64,000 nucleotides of DNA, taken from an uncultured Nitrososphaerota archaeon (GTDB lineage: Archaea > Thermoproteota > Nitrososphaeria > Nitrososphaerales > Nitrosopumilaceae). Positions 52,862-61,890 of the stretch are shown here, in pieces. The notes under the pieces were generated by a model. That model was given only the letters and a program-made list of their open reading frames with translations. It made no database searches and was not told the origin of the DNA. The translations under genes were made by a program, and so were the position numbers. The stretch is from positions 1 through 64,000 of the forward strand of contig CAWGPD010000001.1 of assembly GCA_963824385.1 (NCBI GenBank). Direction: 5' to 3'. Every line of letters starts with the position of its first letter. The stretch's first letter is position 1.

Positions 52862-53465
52862 TCAAGATATGCTCTTTCAAACTTTTGAAGATAGCATTAA
52901 AAACTTCGATATCAGTCGTGGGTGGTAGATTAAGATTAATTGTGTAATTAAGCCCTAATTTCGTAGTGAGTTTTTCTTTTTGCTGATGCTGATACAAATC
53001 AGGCAATTGTTTCGAGGTTTCTTTTACAATAGGGTCGGATTCAAAATCTGCTAAATCACATAATACTTTAAACGTACCTGCAACATTTGGAACAGTTTTA
53101 TCATCATCACCAACCCCAAGTATTGATTTCAATTTTGCCTCAACTTGTTGCTTAGTTAGTCTGTGTGCATAGGCATTAGCGGTAAAGAGAACATTGTAAG
53201 ATTCCTTGATTCTCTTTGATAATACTTGTCTTGAAATAGAATCATCTCTAAAATCTTTATAATGTTCTGTAGGAGTATTTGCAGGATCCAAGAATCCAAG
53301 ATTTTTCAGCAATGGGATCATAGCATTGTAACTTGATGATTTTAAACCAAGCATTGTTGAAATAAAATCACGATTAAATTTAGTTGGAACATTTGCAGTT
53401 TTAATTGCCCCAAAAAGGTTTGCCACTGACTTATATGCATTAACATATGGCGGATAATTTACCAA
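52854..53465 (-). CDS. DUF5343-like protein
   Basis: I..A.VP.KF..DF, LK.LGFLD....PT..Y, TF..LC.LADF, L.Y.INL.LP.T.D.EVFNAIF. Confidence 0.7.
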   Translation of the reverse strand: MVNYPPYVNAYKSVANLFGAIKTANVPTKFNRDFISTMLGLKSSSYNAMIPLLKNLGFLDPANTPTEHYKDFRDDSISRQVLSKRIKESYNVLFTANAYAHRLTKQQVEAKLKSILGVGDDDKTVPNVAGTFKVLCDLADFESDPIVKETSKQLPDLYQHQQKEKLTTKLGLNYTINLNLPPTTDIEVFNAIFKSLKEHILNE

Positions 53466-53834
53466 CGTTGTTACTATATTTTTACTACGATAAATAGATC
53501 ATGGTAATTATACAATAATTCTTTCATTTTCCATATCAAAATGAATTACCATGTTTAGATCTAAGTATCTCATTTATTTCATAATTTTTGTAATTTTGAA
53601 CTTTCAAAATCAAACAGTACTTTATATTCCATAAAATATGATTTACTAATCAAATCAAAAATCTTCATAGGATCCTTCTTGAGGTGAACACTAGTAAAAC
53701 GATATACTTGATGCCTGAAATTATCTAGTTTAGATTGCATTTCTCTAATTTTAAGGATTTTAAGTCGCTATTGTTTGAAAATAACCAAATTCATACAAGG
53801 ATTATTATTTAATACCATATTTCCAAACCCCTAG

Positions 53835-54492
53835 ATGTATAGCGGAGAGCGTGAAGTCCAGTCAAAGAGAAAAGCCCTTGCTGTCCTACAAGACGAGATA
53901 AACAGAATTCTTAATGCTGTAAGAGACCTCTCAATTCTGCCTGGCTTGATCATCAAGGCAGACAAGTCTGAGATAAAACAGACACTTGAGCGAATAAAAA
54001 ATACCGAAGATGAAGTTGAAGCCCTCCGTAGAAAAATCACTAGAGATATTCAGACATTGGAGGGCTTATGATGCATAGGGAGAATATTTTAAACTCGGCA
54101 TATACCATGGATGAGATTGCAGGATACATCACAGGCATTGCATTTAGGCTCTCAAACATCAAGGCTGCAACACTCAAAAAAGAAAATCTTGACAAGAGCA
54201 TTACAGAACTAGTAGAACTAGCAGTAGACCAGATTCAAAAAATTAATGAAATAATCAGGGCTCTAGCAAACAACAACAGTATAGTGGCAATTGACTTGGC
54301 ACATGAAGCACAAAAAATAGAGAGACAGGTAGACAACAAGTACAGGGCATTAAGCATTAGAATACTTGATGAAATTAGCACGCCAAAAGAGGGCTGTTGC
54401 TTCTTAAAGACATAGTAGAGGGAATAGAAGAAATGTCAGACAAAGTTCTCCAGGTTTCAGACTCGTTTATTTTGCTTGCCCTAAGCCTATAA
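53835..54492 (+). CDS. DUF47/PhoU-like phosphate transport regulator (frameshifted)
   Basis: Helical repeats E.E...RR.I, ER.VD..YR. Confidence 0.8.
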
Positions 54493-54556
54493 AATATTAA
54501 AAAACATTTATTCCGTATACTATTAGACTCCACCAGATTTTTTTCTAGCCTGCTCT

Positions 54557-55228
54557 CTACATCAGATTAAATGCTTTCAACACTGAATCTACTGATGCCT
54601 GTATCACATTGTATGAAAGTTCTCCCAAAGTCGGATTTTCAGACATGCTACCTGCATACGGATCACATGTAGGTGTATTTGGAAGATGTCCAACACCGCT
54701 AAAGTATTTTTGTTGATGTGCTTGCAGTTCACAGTTGATGTTAGTCATTGGAACTAGGGGACCTGCATCATTTGGCGCTACTGCCAATTCGACTTTGTAT
54801 GTAAAGATTATTCCAGTGTGCTTGTAGACTGTAAATTTTGTTGTCTTGTCTGTGAATCTGTAATTGTTGTTAATTCCCCTGTCTATTTTTATGATATGTG
54901 CACAGTTGTAGTTCTTTGATAGCTGGTCTTTTACACTGATTGTTGTAAAACTGATTCCATGATACTGTACTTCGTTTTGTATTGTTGGTAGTATTTGTGG
55001 ATCCATGTGACTGTCCATCGGAGTAAAGATGCAAAGGTTAGACTGCGGTATTGTTGTTACTGTCTTGACTCCCCACCCAGCATATGTACTAGTTGATGGA
55101 GGGTTTGCAAATACGGATACGGTTGTGGTTGTTGGAATGAACGTGCTTACATTTAATGCAAATACTGGACTCATTCCAAGTGCTACGATGCAGATTAGTG
55201 CTAGTGAAGCGATTTCTCTTATTTTCAT
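54557..55228 (-). CDS. Secreted hypothetical protein
   Basis: Signal peptide, T-rich N-terminus, paired Cys. Confidence 0.7.
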   Translation of the reverse strand: MKIREIASLALICIVALGMSPVFALNVSTFIPTTTTVSVFANPPSTSTYAGWGVKTVTTIPQSNLCIFTPMDSHMDPQILPTIQNEVQYHGISFTTISVKDQLSKNYNCAHIIKIDRGINNNYRFTDKTTKFTVYKHTGIIFTYKVELAVAPNDAGPLVPMTNINCELQAHQQKYFSGVGHLPNTPTCDPYAGSMSENPTLGELSYNVIQASVDSVLKAFNLM

Positions 55229-55345
55229 ATTACCCGTCCCATGTGATTGAATTCTACAACCATTGTAATAATATGGTAATTAACCTGTATATAACTAGTA
55301 ATAATGAACAAAACCAAGGGTACTAGATAGTTACAAGATAACTAC

Positions 55346-55600
55346 TTGACTGATATACCATACATGACAGGATATGTACTTGCAAGCAATTACCGAAAGA
55401 AAGTGTTGTTAGCATTAAAAGAAAAGGCATTAACGCCTAACGTTATTTCTGAGAAAACTGGCATTTATCCAACACATGTTAGTACAACTTTGACACAATT
55501 ATCCAAGATGAGTATCGTAGTTTGTCTAACTCCTAAGCTAAAGAAAGGAAAGTTATATGATCTTACAAAAGAAGGTAGAGGAATATTGAATTTTATCTAA
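55346..55600 (+). CDS. Small winged-helix (MarR/ArsR-like) regulator
   Basis: S.YR.KVL..L.....TP..IS.......VS..L..L...V.C......G.LY.LT..G. Confidence 0.85.
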   Translation: MTDIPYMTGYVLASNYRKKVLLALKEKALTPNVISEKTGIYPTHVSTTLTQLSKMSIVVCLTPKLKKGKLYDLTKEGRGILNFI

Positions 55601-55715
55601 CATCACAAATGAAGACATAGTCTTTAGACATTCATTAAAAATTATCACATGCATACACGAGATTCTTGAAGTAGAATTTAATTTCTCGATATTCAAACCC
55701 ATCTTGTTCTAGCAA

Positions 55716-55871
55716 CTGTTTGAGATTTTGGGTATGACAACTATAACCTACAAGTTCCAAATCACTATACCAAAGAAGGTAAGAGAGAAACACAGTCTTC
55801 AGGAAGGAGACTCGATCATGTTCTTAGAGGAAGATGGTAAAATCTATCTTACAAAAAGTACAGATGTTTGA
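55716..55871 (+). CDS. AbrB/MazE/SpoVT-family DNA-binding protein (not in ORF track)
   Basis: LGMTTITYKFQITIPKKVREKHSLQEGDSIMFLEEDGKIYL; start codon uncertain. Confidence 0.75.
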   Translation: MFEILGMTTITYKFQITIPKKVREKHSLQEGDSIMFLEEDGKIYLTKSTDV

Positions 55872-55877
55872 TCATTC

Positions 55878-56183
55878 TCATGATTTTTTCTTCAAGTAAT
55901 CCTCAAGAAATCCCAAAAATGCACTACCATCTTTGACTCCTTTCTCATAAGATACCTTTTCCATGTTGTAAAGATGTTTCAAAAAGTCCAAGTCTGCTTT
56001 TGAAAACCATTCCACCATCTCCATAAAATACTGGATTGCCTTCTCATCACTGTTGGTGCGTTTATCATCTAAAGTAGAATCTATGTTTGGCGTTTTAGTC
56101 ACTACCAAATCACCTAAATCCTCCACTAGCAAACCGCTCTCCACCAAGATCGTGTCGTAGATACTGTTCCGTATGATTTCCAA
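55878..56183 (-). CDS. Hypothetical protein (start probably shorter)
   Basis: ORF overlapping upstream gene. Confidence 0.4.
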   Translation of the reverse strand: MEIIRNSIYDTILVESGLLVEDLGDLVVTKTPNIDSTLDDKRTNSDEKAIQYFMEMVEWFSKADLDFLKHLYNMEKVSYEKGVKDGSAFLGFLEDYLKKKS

Positions 56184-56358
56184 AATCTACTGTAACAATA
56201 AAGAACCCCTTACTTGGAACACCGTCTTTGAAAATAACTAAATCATTTTCCCAAGTATAACCAAGTACTGTTCCTTTTCTTCCATCTCTTGTTTTTACAG
56301 AATCTCCTTCCCAATATACAACTGGAAATCCTGCGATGGATGGAAAATGTTGCTTCAC
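56110..56358 (-). CDS. Small SH3/KOW-like hypothetical protein
   Basis: GD.V.T.DG..G.V....V.VDFG beta pattern. Confidence 0.5.
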   Translation of the reverse strand: MKQHFPSIAGFPVVYWEGDSVKTRDGRKGTVLGYTWENDLVIFKDGVPSKGFFIVTVDFGNHTEQYLRHDLGGERFASGGFR

Positions 56359-56478
56359 GTATTATAGCATGTTTAGTATAACTTAAAATCATCTATTATA
56401 AAGTTTAGTGATAATTAATATTTGAATTCAAATGGTAATACACATTTTCAATATGTATTAGAACGTATTTTTGATATA

Positions 56479-58054
56479 TTATCCCAAACTGCCCCCAGCC
56501 CACCTAGAGCCCTTACTTACAAGCCATGCCAAGTATGCATATCCTGCAGCGTGCAATGCATCGTCATTGGTTTCCTCTGGATGAGTATACTTAACATAGC
56601 TTTTACCAGAAGATTCCGCCGTTTCAGATTCTATGCATGTAAAATGTTCAATCATCCAGTCCATATTATTGGGATTTTTATATGGAATATGGATTCGTGG
56701 AATGCCGTCAGGGTAGTTTGCGTTATCTTCAGGGCGTTTTATTAGATCTATTATGGTCTCAATTACCCAGGTTCTATCTACATTAATTTTATGATCTGAA
56801 TTAATTATTTCATATGGAACTTCAGAATTATACCTGTAATGGCACTTGTAAATTCTAGGTCCATATTTTTTTGAAAGCTTCTCAACCTGTCTTGTACCAC
56901 CACCAGAGTCCATCACAATTTGATCAACTTCAAACTTGTCAATTAATTCAGAAACCATATCAGTCTTGGGTTTCAGTAGAACTTTCTGTAATCTTTGTTA
57001 CATACAATAACTTGAATCTTGGGACATCTTTGTTGACCAGCTGCCAAATCCAGCCTACAGTGAACGCTTGAGTACCACCACCCCAGTCTACTCCCATAAA
57101 TACTAGAAGATCATGATCAACTAATTCATGTGGAGTGAAATCAAGATTTCTGTCAAATAATGTACGAATCTCTTTTTCAAGTAATGGTTTGACATTTCCG
57201 CCATACCACAAACCCTCAACCTCATTTGCAAATCCTCGTGGCGGATAGGTTTTTCGTTTGGATTCTATATCTTCTTGTAATCTGTCTGGCGCCATCTCCT
57301 GAGAAAGATGATACGAACTTATTTTTGAGAGGGGGTTTTTTGCAATCCAAGTTTTTGTTTTTAAATCATATTCTTTTTGATCTCCCGTATGCCACAACTT
57401 CCACCAGCCATCGCCTGTTATGCTTCCAGTACCAACGTGCACACATTTCCCAAATTTTGATTTTGCAAGTGCCTCTTCTAGTACAGGTATAGATTCTACA
57501 TTTGTTGACTGGATTTCATCGACAACTGCAAAATCTGCAGGAATAGACCTAGCGGCTTCAAAGTCTTGCTGGGCAGAGTACATGAACAAGTGTGAACCAT
57601 TTTTAAAAGACAGCCATGAAACGTTGCCCTTCTTGTGCACTAGTCCTTGAAGTATCGGTGATTCACCAATGGCACGACTACGTACTCTCATTTTTGAAAA
57701 CACGGAAACGTGGCTTTTACGGTCTGAGAGGTATATTCCTACAGTATTTGGATTTTTTTCCAGATTAAAAAGCAACCAGTTTATGGTAAATTCTGTAATT
57801 TCCATTTGTCTTGGTTTTACAATCATAATTTTCTTGTTTTGATCAGAATAGATTTGCTTCAGATATTCTCGTCCCTCAAAAGAAAATTTTTTGCCCTGAA
57901 TTTTTCTAACTGTTGTTGTCCAGTCTATGAGATTGTCAGGAGTATTTGGAAGTGTTACGGGCATCACAAATTTTTTCTCGAATATTTTTTTTATTCTAGC
58001 AATTTCCCTTCTTGCAAGTAGATTATGCGCCGCCTTCCACCTAAGCTGCGACAT
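56479..58054 (-). CDS. Phage terminase large subunit (GpA-like), frameshift ~56960
   Basis: KPRQMEITE Walker-A-like, AVVDE Walker B, nuclease GVDWG, DSG, NDDALHA. Confidence 0.8.
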
Positions 58055-58520
58055 GGTCAGTCCCCATCTTTTGCTTGAAGAGATCATCGGTTTCTGTTTG
58101 TACTATAGTATCAGTAGTTGGCGTGCATTCAAGATTATTCTTCTCAAGATATAGTTTTAAGATAAGTTCCTTTGTCTTACGATATTCTGAATATAGCCAC
58201 CTTTTTTTATGAATTGGCCCTGATGATTTTATTGCTACATCTAGTTCGGCGCTTCGTTTTTTCATTTCAAGTATTTCATTGTCTAATTCTAAAATTGTTC
58301 TACCATTTGATAGTCTGCAGTTTTTAAAAAACTCAGGTCCCTGTACAGAAATGTATTTCTCATGCCAAATTCTAAAGTATCGCCTGACCGTTTTTACGTT
58401 TATTCCTGTCTCATATGCAACTCTATCAGGCTTGTACCTTTGCTCAAAATATGGCCAGAGTTGTCTTTCGATCTCACTCTGTTCAGCCAATGTTGGCCTT
58501 CCGTTTCTTTTTTCAGACAT
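58041..58520 (-). CDS. HTH + coiled-coil protein, candidate terminase small subunit
   Basis: GRPT, VA.ETGINVKTV.RYF; overlaps TerL start. Confidence 0.55.
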   Translation of the reverse strand: MSEKRNGRPTLAEQSEIERQLWPYFEQRYKPDRVAYETGINVKTVRRYFRIWHEKYISVQGPEFFKNCRLSNGRTILELDNEILEMKKRSAELDVAIKSSGPIHKKRWLYSEYRKTKELILKLYLEKNNLECTPTTDTIVQTETDDLFKQKMGTDHVAA

Positions 58521-58801
58521 ATCTCCACTCGAATCGCGATATTTGGATTCTGCTCACGGCGTTTTTGAAAGGTACTGAGATAAATGTATTAAAACTTTTT
58601 TAGGTCATTTTTTTCCAAAAAACTACTTTTATTAAAATTGACATATTCAACTTGTCATACAAATCAGTCAGCTTCTAATCGATAGTAATATCTCAGATGA
58701 CAAGCCAAGAAAAATTGGCCCTACCAGTTAAAACCAGTTTTCTGGACAAACAAAGTATGTCAATTATATAATAATGAAATCATATCATCTATCAAATCAT
58801 T

Positions 58802-58817
58802 GCATCATATCTGAAAA
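58802..58817. promoter_or_regulatory. Degenerate TTATCA-N4-TGATAA site
   Basis: GCATCATATCTGAAAA 12 nt before TTAAAT. Confidence 0.4.
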
Positions 58818-58859
58818 CTACCCATTAGATTAAATCCCAATTCCAGTTTACCATATTGC

Positions 58860-59369
58860 ATGATATCTGACATACTAAACGAGCCAGTCTCCAAGTTTAC
58901 AAATAAAAAAATGACTACAATATCAAGCAATCTTACCATTCAAGACGCAGCAAAGGCAATGGCAGAATCTAAAGTAGACAGCATCCTAGTCTTTGAAAAT
59001 GGAAAAATAATAGGAATGGTTACAGAAAAGGATATTTTACAAGATATTGTAGCAAAGGGACTAGACCCCTCAAGTACAATACTCAAACAAATAGCAAAGA
59101 GCCCATTAATTACAATAAACAAAACCGCTCCAGTAAAAGAGGCCCTAGAAATAATGAAAAAGCATGATATCAGAAGGCTGGTAGTAATGGACAAGCGCCC
59201 AATTGGACTAGTAACCCAGAAAATGGTCTGCGGAAACCTCACTGACAGAGATATAGTACTGCCAGAACTTGAGATGCCAGACAAAACAACATGTCCATAC
59301 TGTACACTACATTTCAAAGACAACTCTAGTCTTTGCAGTCATATAGACAGAATCCACATCAAAATATAA
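58860..59369 (+). CDS. CBS-pair protein with C-terminal C2H2 zinc finger
   Basis: GMVTEKD; CPYC...F....L..H...H. Confidence 0.85.
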   Translation: MISDILNEPVSKFTNKKMTTISSNLTIQDAAKAMAESKVDSILVFENGKIIGMVTEKDILQDIVAKGLDPSSTILKQIAKSPLITINKTAPVKEALEIMKKHDIRRLVVMDKRPIGLVTQKMVCGNLTDRDIVLPELEMPDKTTCPYCTLHFKDNSSLCSHIDRIHIKI

Positions 59370-59429
59370 CCACAAAAGAAACTTTTGCATAATTTTATAA
59401 CAATCATAGAACAGTACGCATGATTATAC

Positions 59430-60011
59430 ATGGCAGTAAAAAGACAGCCCCACCCTACAAAGCATGAGCAGACTAGAAGCATAAGCTATCGTTTACCAGA
59501 GCACATTATCGAAGAATTAGAAACAGAGGCCCAGCAAAAGGAGATATCTCAAAATGTTCTGGTAAAACAAATTTTAGAAAAATATGTTGGTTGGGAGAGG
59601 TTTGCAAAAAATATTGGCATGGTTCCAGTTCCCAAGGAAATTCTCGTTGTATTAGGTGAAAAAATGGATGGAGAGGTAATGAATGAGATAATACATACAA
59701 TGACTCCAATGATCAAAGACTGGGTCATGTTCATGAAAGGCGGCTATGATCTAAAACGAGTAATAGAATCACTTGAGGATTACATGAGAGCGTCTGGAAT
59801 GACATCAGACCATAGAATCGAGGGAGGCATTCATCATTTTATCATACAGCACAGTCTTGGAATACGCTGGTCGCTATTTACAGAACTTTTTTTGAAGCAA
59901 ATATTTCACGAATTTCTGCCAAATCTTGCCATGAAATCTCGCACTACGCCAAATACAGTCATAGCAAGTATTGCTCTAGGTTCTGACTTTAACGAACACA
60001 ACCATAGTTGA
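59430..60011 (+). CDS. RHH-like + 'HxLGxxWS' domain protein (paralog of 403..940)
   Basis: TRSISYRLP..I.E.L..EA....ISQN.LV.QIL. Confidence 0.7.
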   Translation: MAVKRQPHPTKHEQTRSISYRLPEHIIEELETEAQQKEISQNVLVKQILEKYVGWERFAKNIGMVPVPKEILVVLGEKMDGEVMNEIIHTMTPMIKDWVMFMKGGYDLKRVIESLEDYMRASGMTSDHRIEGGIHHFIIQHSLGIRWSLFTELFLKQIFHEFLPNLAMKSRTTPNTVIASIALGSDFNEHNHS

Positions 60012-60044
60012 TATAATTATCACATCATGTTGTAAGATGAACGT

Positions 60045-60137
60045 CTAAAAGTCTTTTATTTCTTTGCCAAGATCTTCGAAAAGCTGTTCATACTCGTTCA
60101 TGAATGCTTTTACAAATTGTGATTCGTCTCGAGTCAT
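60045..60137 (-). CDS. 30-aa acidic amphipathic peptide
   Basis: MTRDESQFVKAFMNEYEQLFEDLGKEIKDF. Confidence 0.35.
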   Translation of the reverse strand: MTRDESQFVKAFMNEYEQLFEDLGKEIKDF

Positions 60138-60249
60138 AGTGATTTGGTATTTTTTCTTGCATATAAAATTAATTTGCAAATTTCTTCAATATCTTTCATG
60201 TTATGTGATTAATAGATATTACAACCAGATGGAATGTAATTATAATTCA

Positions 60250-60325
60250 AAGGTTATACTAAAAAATCATTAAAATCTAAAATGTTCCACAAGGATTTCA
60301 TTTTGTTTCTGATACGAAACATTTC
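60250..60325 (+). repeat. ~76-bp direct repeat, copy 1
   Basis: AAGGTTATACTAAAAAATCATTAAAATCT-AAAATGTTCCACAAGGATTTCATTT...GAAACATTTC. Confidence 0.8.
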
Positions 60326-60359
60326 CCTAAATTTTACTCATAATTTTTTTGTATGAAAA

Positions 60360-60632
60360 TTAGTCCTTTTTTTTATACACATCACGTCTATGTGATACAT
60401 CGTAAACATTTGCAGTACCTAATTCACGGAAAAAAAGAATCCTGTAATCTCCAACGCGAATCCTGTAATGATTATCATATCCCTTTAGTTTCTTCATGTC
60501 AAGCCTAACCATAGGCCATGTAGTCTCAAGCTCCTTCAACGCTTCTCTGATTCTATTTTTCAGATCCGTGTGAAATCCATCAATTTTATTAGAAATTTCT
60601 TTTTTGACTAAAACCTTGATTGGTACGTCTAG
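60360..60632 (-). CDS. relE: RelE/ParE-family toxin (no canonical start; not in ORF track)
   Basis: KKLKGYDNHYRIRVGDYRILF...V.HR.DVY. Confidence 0.85.
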   Translation of the reverse strand, partial: LDVPIKVLVKKEISNKIDGFHTDLKNRIREALKELETTWPMVRLDMKKLKGYDNHYRIRVGDYRILFFRELGTANVYDVSHRRDVYKKKD

Positions 60633-60881
60633 TTATCTTAATGAATCCAAGGATACAAACTTCATACCGCCTTTTTTCTTCTTGGATTCAAAATTCTTTA
60701 TTGCCTTAATTTCATATGCATCAGGATTGTCTTCTAGTATCACACTTTTCTCTATCATTTTATGTAATTTGATAATCTGCACGCGCAAAAGTTTCATCTC
60801 TTTATCAGTGGTTTGCTTGTAACTTTTAACTTCCTTTATAATTTTTTTAATATCATGATGTGATACTGTTTTGGTTTCCAT
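60633..60881 (-). CDS. Putative antitoxin
   Basis: Immediately upstream of RelE; acidic P..YE..AI and C-terminal FVSLDSL. Confidence 0.7.
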   Translation of the reverse strand: METKTVSHHDIKKIIKEVKSYKQTTDKEMKLLRVQIIKLHKMIEKSVILEDNPDAYEIKAIKNFESKKKKGGMKFVSLDSLR

Positions 60882-60948
60882 AGAATATTTGTTATACTAT
60901 TGATTGACTAAAAAGGATTCTTATTTATAAAAATCCATTCTTAAACCC

Positions 60949-61025
60949 AAGGTTGTACTAAAAAATTATTAAAATCTGAAAATGCTCCACAAGGATTTCA
61001 TTTCGTGCCTGTTATGAAATATTTC
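60949..61025 (+). repeat. ~77-bp direct repeat, copy 2
   Basis: AAGGTTGTACTAAAAAATTATTAAAATCTGAAAATGCTCCACAAGGATTTCATTT...GAAATATTTC. Confidence 0.8.
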
Positions 61026-61034
61026 ACAAAAAAT

Positions 61035-61796
61035 CTAGCTTACAGTTACAGTTCCAATTCGCCATGGGTGAATTGTACAATAGTAATGATACACTCCCGG
61101 ATTGTCAAACTTGTAAGAAAATGTATCTCCAGTATTTAGTAGGCCGCTGTTAAACATTGGAATTATATTTCCGTTTGAATCTATACTTTGGATATCATGT
61201 TGTATAGTATCTTGATTTTGCCATGTAACAGTTGTTCCAGGAATTATCTCCAAGTTAAGTGGCAAATAGAACCCAGTACCTGCAGTTACAGAGTTTCCGT
61301 TTGGAATCAGGATTTTAGCATTGTTTGATACACTAACAGTTGGAATGGGATCACTTCCAACTAAAAGATAATTTAGAAAATATTTCTGGGCATTGTCTTG
61401 CATGTTGGCTGTTACCTTCCACATGGAATCACCTCCTGTTGCATAGAGTCTTGTTCCATCAAGAGAGACAGTAAATGTATCCTGGGAGACAGTTTGCGCA
61501 GTGCCCTGGCCATGAAATGAACCGTCGTTGTTGTATGTAAAATTCCACGAGTCGCCAGTAAATCTGGCTACAAAAATTCCATTACTTCCCTCCACTAGAA
61601 TTGCACCATTTCCTATAGTTGTTGGATTGACAAGAGAGAGTCGCATGCTTGAAGTATACAAAGCTGGATTATCGCCATTAATCATTGCAGCCCCACTGCC
61701 TTTCATGGAATAAGTAGAATCTGCAAAAGCAAAACTAGATGAGACTGCCACTAGACCTAATATGATTCCCAAAACTAGGGCTCTCATTTCTAACAT
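61035..61796 (-). CDS. Secreted protein with C-terminal plastocyanin-like cupredoxin domain
   Basis: Signal peptide; GTTVTW.N.D...H, G.Y.YYCTIHPW. Confidence 0.85.
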   Translation of the reverse strand: MLEMRALVLGIILGLVAVSSSFAFADSTYSMKGSGAAMINGDNPALYTSSMRLSLVNPTTIGNGAILVEGSNGIFVARFTGDSWNFTYNNDGSFHGQGTAQTVSQDTFTVSLDGTRLYATGGDSMWKVTANMQDNAQKYFLNYLLVGSDPIPTVSVSNNAKILIPNGNSVTAGTGFYLPLNLEIIPGTTVTWQNQDTIQHDIQSIDSNGNIIPMFNSGLLNTGDTFSYKFDNPGVYHYYCTIHPWRIGTVTVS

Positions 61797-61831
61797 ATAG
61801 TACTAAATACACTATATAATTAACATATACA

Positions 61832-61847
61832 TTATCAGACATGATAA
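61832..61847. promoter_or_regulatory. TTATCA-N4-TGATAA operator (perfect copy)
   Basis: TTATCAGACATGATAA centred between two divergent TATA boxes. Confidence 0.72.
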
Positions 61848-61890
61848 CCATTTCCAGCTATAATACACAATTCTAAAAAAGAACAGGCAG

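Noticed and set aside
54495..58600. att sites bounding the terminase region
   Set aside because: Only an 8-nt inverted match (ACATTTAT) was seen, which is not significant in AT-rich DNA.
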